Below, piece by piece: positions 61,413 to 64,000 of a stretch of DNA of 64,000 bases. Made by a program: the position numbers and the translations under genes. Within the stretch, counting starts at the first letter, position 1. Each line of letters starts with the position of its first letter. The stretch comes from Azolla caroliniana (lineage: Eukaryota; Plantae; Polypodiophyta): contig JBHGNT010000001.1 of NCBI GenBank assembly GCA_043228905.1, forward strand, positions 17,670,001 through 17,734,000. Direction: 5' to 3'. The notes beneath the pieces were generated by a model that worked only from the letters and a program-made list of their open reading frames with translations, was not told the origin of the DNA and searched no databases.

Positions 61413-64000
61413 TGTTGTGTGACAAGCTCAACATTGGGTGCGGAACACGGTGCGTAACCCAATGCATAGACTGGGAGTGTAAAATAGTACACATAATGTG
61501 GCCATATCGGTGCGTAAACCGAAAGGCCGTTAGTATGTTATTCCTCGTAAGGAATAATTTTGGGAATTAGTGTAGTAGGCTCATTTATTAGCAGTCAAGT
61601 ACTGTCAGTACTTGTGTTAGCCCGATAATCAGGGCTTGCATAAAAGGTGCTCACTTAGCACGAAATATGTACAAAGGGTCATTATTTTGAAATAGAACTG
61701 AGTTGTCTGCTCTGTCTCTCTGTCTCTCCCTCTCCCTCTCCATCTCTGCGTTTTCTGTGTTTTTTATCAAACTGTCATTTTCCGAACTGTGTACTCTGTG
61801 TTTTGCATATGCTTCCGCACACGTATTCTTTTACATGGTGTCAGAGTGCGAGGGTTGAAGTCCTCTACAACTGACATAAAAGCCTGCCACAGAGACATAG
61901 TTGAGTTGGTATTCTTAGCTTTCGGAAAAGATAAGACGACAACATGGATAGAGGAATGGGAAGCTCGCTACCAACAGAGAAGCTCAACAGGAGCAACTAC
62001 GCATCTTGGTCACATACACCAGTACCTGCTTGGTCATGGCTATTGGAGTTATGTAGAAGGAGATAATGATATAGCACCCGAATCGACACACAAGGATTTT
62101 TCGTCTTAGGAATAGGCGGCCAGTAGAGTTCTCTACTGCTTTGCGTCCTATGTGAGTGACCAGTTATTGACCCATATTCGGGATGCCAAGACGCAAAAGG
62201 ATGCATGGGCGAATCTCAAGAAGATTTTCGCCACTTGCACCATAGCCACGAAGCTTCAACTCAGGCAGGAGTTGAGCAATTTTCGACAACGAGATATGTC
62301 GAGGAAGATGAGATGGTGCAAGTTTATCTTGGTGGGTTAGCGTCAAAGTTCAGAGCGTTCCAAACGGCGGCATGTACGAGAGAGAATACGCCCACGTTGT
62401 TTGAGCTTCAGTCAATGTTGCTCGTGGAGGAAAATTATGTGGGTGCATCGACAAGTACGCATGCCGACAGTAATATGTTGTACACGGAGGGAGATAGGCC
62501 CCGTGGTCGTGGCAGACAAGGCGGATCGGTGTGTAATGGAGGCGGCCAAAAAGAGCAGAATGGACGACATAATCAAAATGTCGGGAACAATTCTGAACCC
62601 TCTGGAAGCAGGGGGAGTCATGGCACCGGAAGTTGGCAAGAGAAGGCCGCGACAGAATGCTAGTATTGTGGCAAGAAAGGCCACAAGAAGAGCAAGTGCT
62701 GGAAAAAGAAAGCCGATTGGAACAAAGCCGGATCGAGCGGAAGAGATGTAGGAAGGCATCAAAAGTCGCACTACGCTGACGAATCCGAACAAGCCTGAAA
62801 TGGATCAGGCCTTGCCCTTGTAATGAAGCACAAGGAAAATTCAATGGCCTTGAACACCTCGAAATTGAGTGAGGTGTGGTATGTTGATTCCGGAGCGTCA
62901 AATCATATGATGAGTCATGAGGAATGGTTGTCGTACTTGGAGAAGCCGGAAAGCAAAGAGTGGTCGAAACCGGAGACAACACTCCACATACCATCGAACA
63001 TGTCGGTGAAGTTCCCCTCAATGAAAGGGAAAGTCTTGAACGTGCTACAAGTCCTGACAATAACCAAGAACCTTGTGTCAATCGGACAGATTGTCGACAA
63101 GTTATGCAAGTTCGATTCACGCATCTTGGCCGCTTCATAGAAGAGGAGGGCAAAGTAATCGCGCAAGGGCGCCATGAAGAGAGGATGTTTATCCTCAAAA
63201 CCAACAATGTGGGCACCGCTATATTTGCGAAAGGACAGAAGGTCGAGTTAGACATCAACCTGTGGCATAAGCGGTTCAGCCATATTAACTTCCCGTGGCT
63301 TCGTGACATGCAAATGAAGAACATTGTGTTCAGCTTACCAAAATTTAGAGGCTGGAATGGCCAAGTCTGCGAAGCCTGCCAGATGGGAAAACAACACTGA
63401 CTTCCATTCCCCAATGAGCATAATCATAGTTGAAATCCGTTGAATTTGATCCATTCGGATGTGTGGGGTTCGACAATGAACGTGAGTCTCGGTGGAAGTT
63501 GTTACTTTGTAACCTTCATCAACGACTTCACTAGGCACACGTAAGGGAAACAAGACGTAAGATCAAATGCCTACGGTCCGATGGTAGGAAGGAGTACTTC
63601 TCCGACCAGTTCACAAGTTATCTACAGAAGGAGGGAATTCAATCGAATTCATGTGTAGATACACGCCGCAACAGAACGGCATGGCTGAGCGGAAGAATCG
63701 GACAATCGAAGAATTGGCCAGGGCAATGCTTGTAGAGAAGCATATGCCGAAATTCTATTGGGTTAAAGCCGTGAAGATGGCTATGTACCTACAGAATCGG
63801 ACTTCTGCTAATGGAGGAGTGCCACCACATGAATTGTATTTTGGGAAGAAGCCAAACTTGCCACACTTGAGGACTTTCGGTAGCATTGCATATGTGCATG
63901 TGCCGAAGGAAAAGAGGAGGAATCTGGACGCGAAAGCCGAAAAGTGCATCTTAGTCGCCTATCTAGACGAGCAGAAGGGGTATAAGTGATGAGAAATACA
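61413..64000 (+). mobile_element. Decayed copia element (5' LTR 61413-61835, PBS at 61836), running off the window end
   Basis: TG...CA LTR, TGGTGTCAGAG, WYVDSGASNH and integrase PQQNGMAERKNRT. Confidence 0.85.

Overview
TE-saturated, gene-poor plant region. It is probably from a non-seed land plant such as a fern, inferred from the PLS-type PPR remnant and the TE types. Nearly all 64 kb is nested Ty1/copia and Ty3/gypsy retrotransposons plus a decayed hAT element. The standout is a cut-and-paste DNA transposon at 3788-18204, about 9.07 kb once a later copia insertion is removed. It has 36-bp TIRs and a 4-bp GACA target duplication, confirmed by an uninterrupted sister LTR at 27845-27859. It carries two divergent genes: a Sola-type (DUF7869-like) transposase and a spliced gene for a ~970-aa protein that fuses a ParB/sulfiredoxin-like domain to a prokaryotic-type beta-class N6-adenine/N4-cytosine DNA methyltransferase. 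Intron 1 of that gene holds six 25-bp palindromes spaced 51-52 bp apart. This copy looks inactivated by a nonsense codon, a copia insertion and damaged splice sites. All family assignments are motif recognition by eye; no searches were run.
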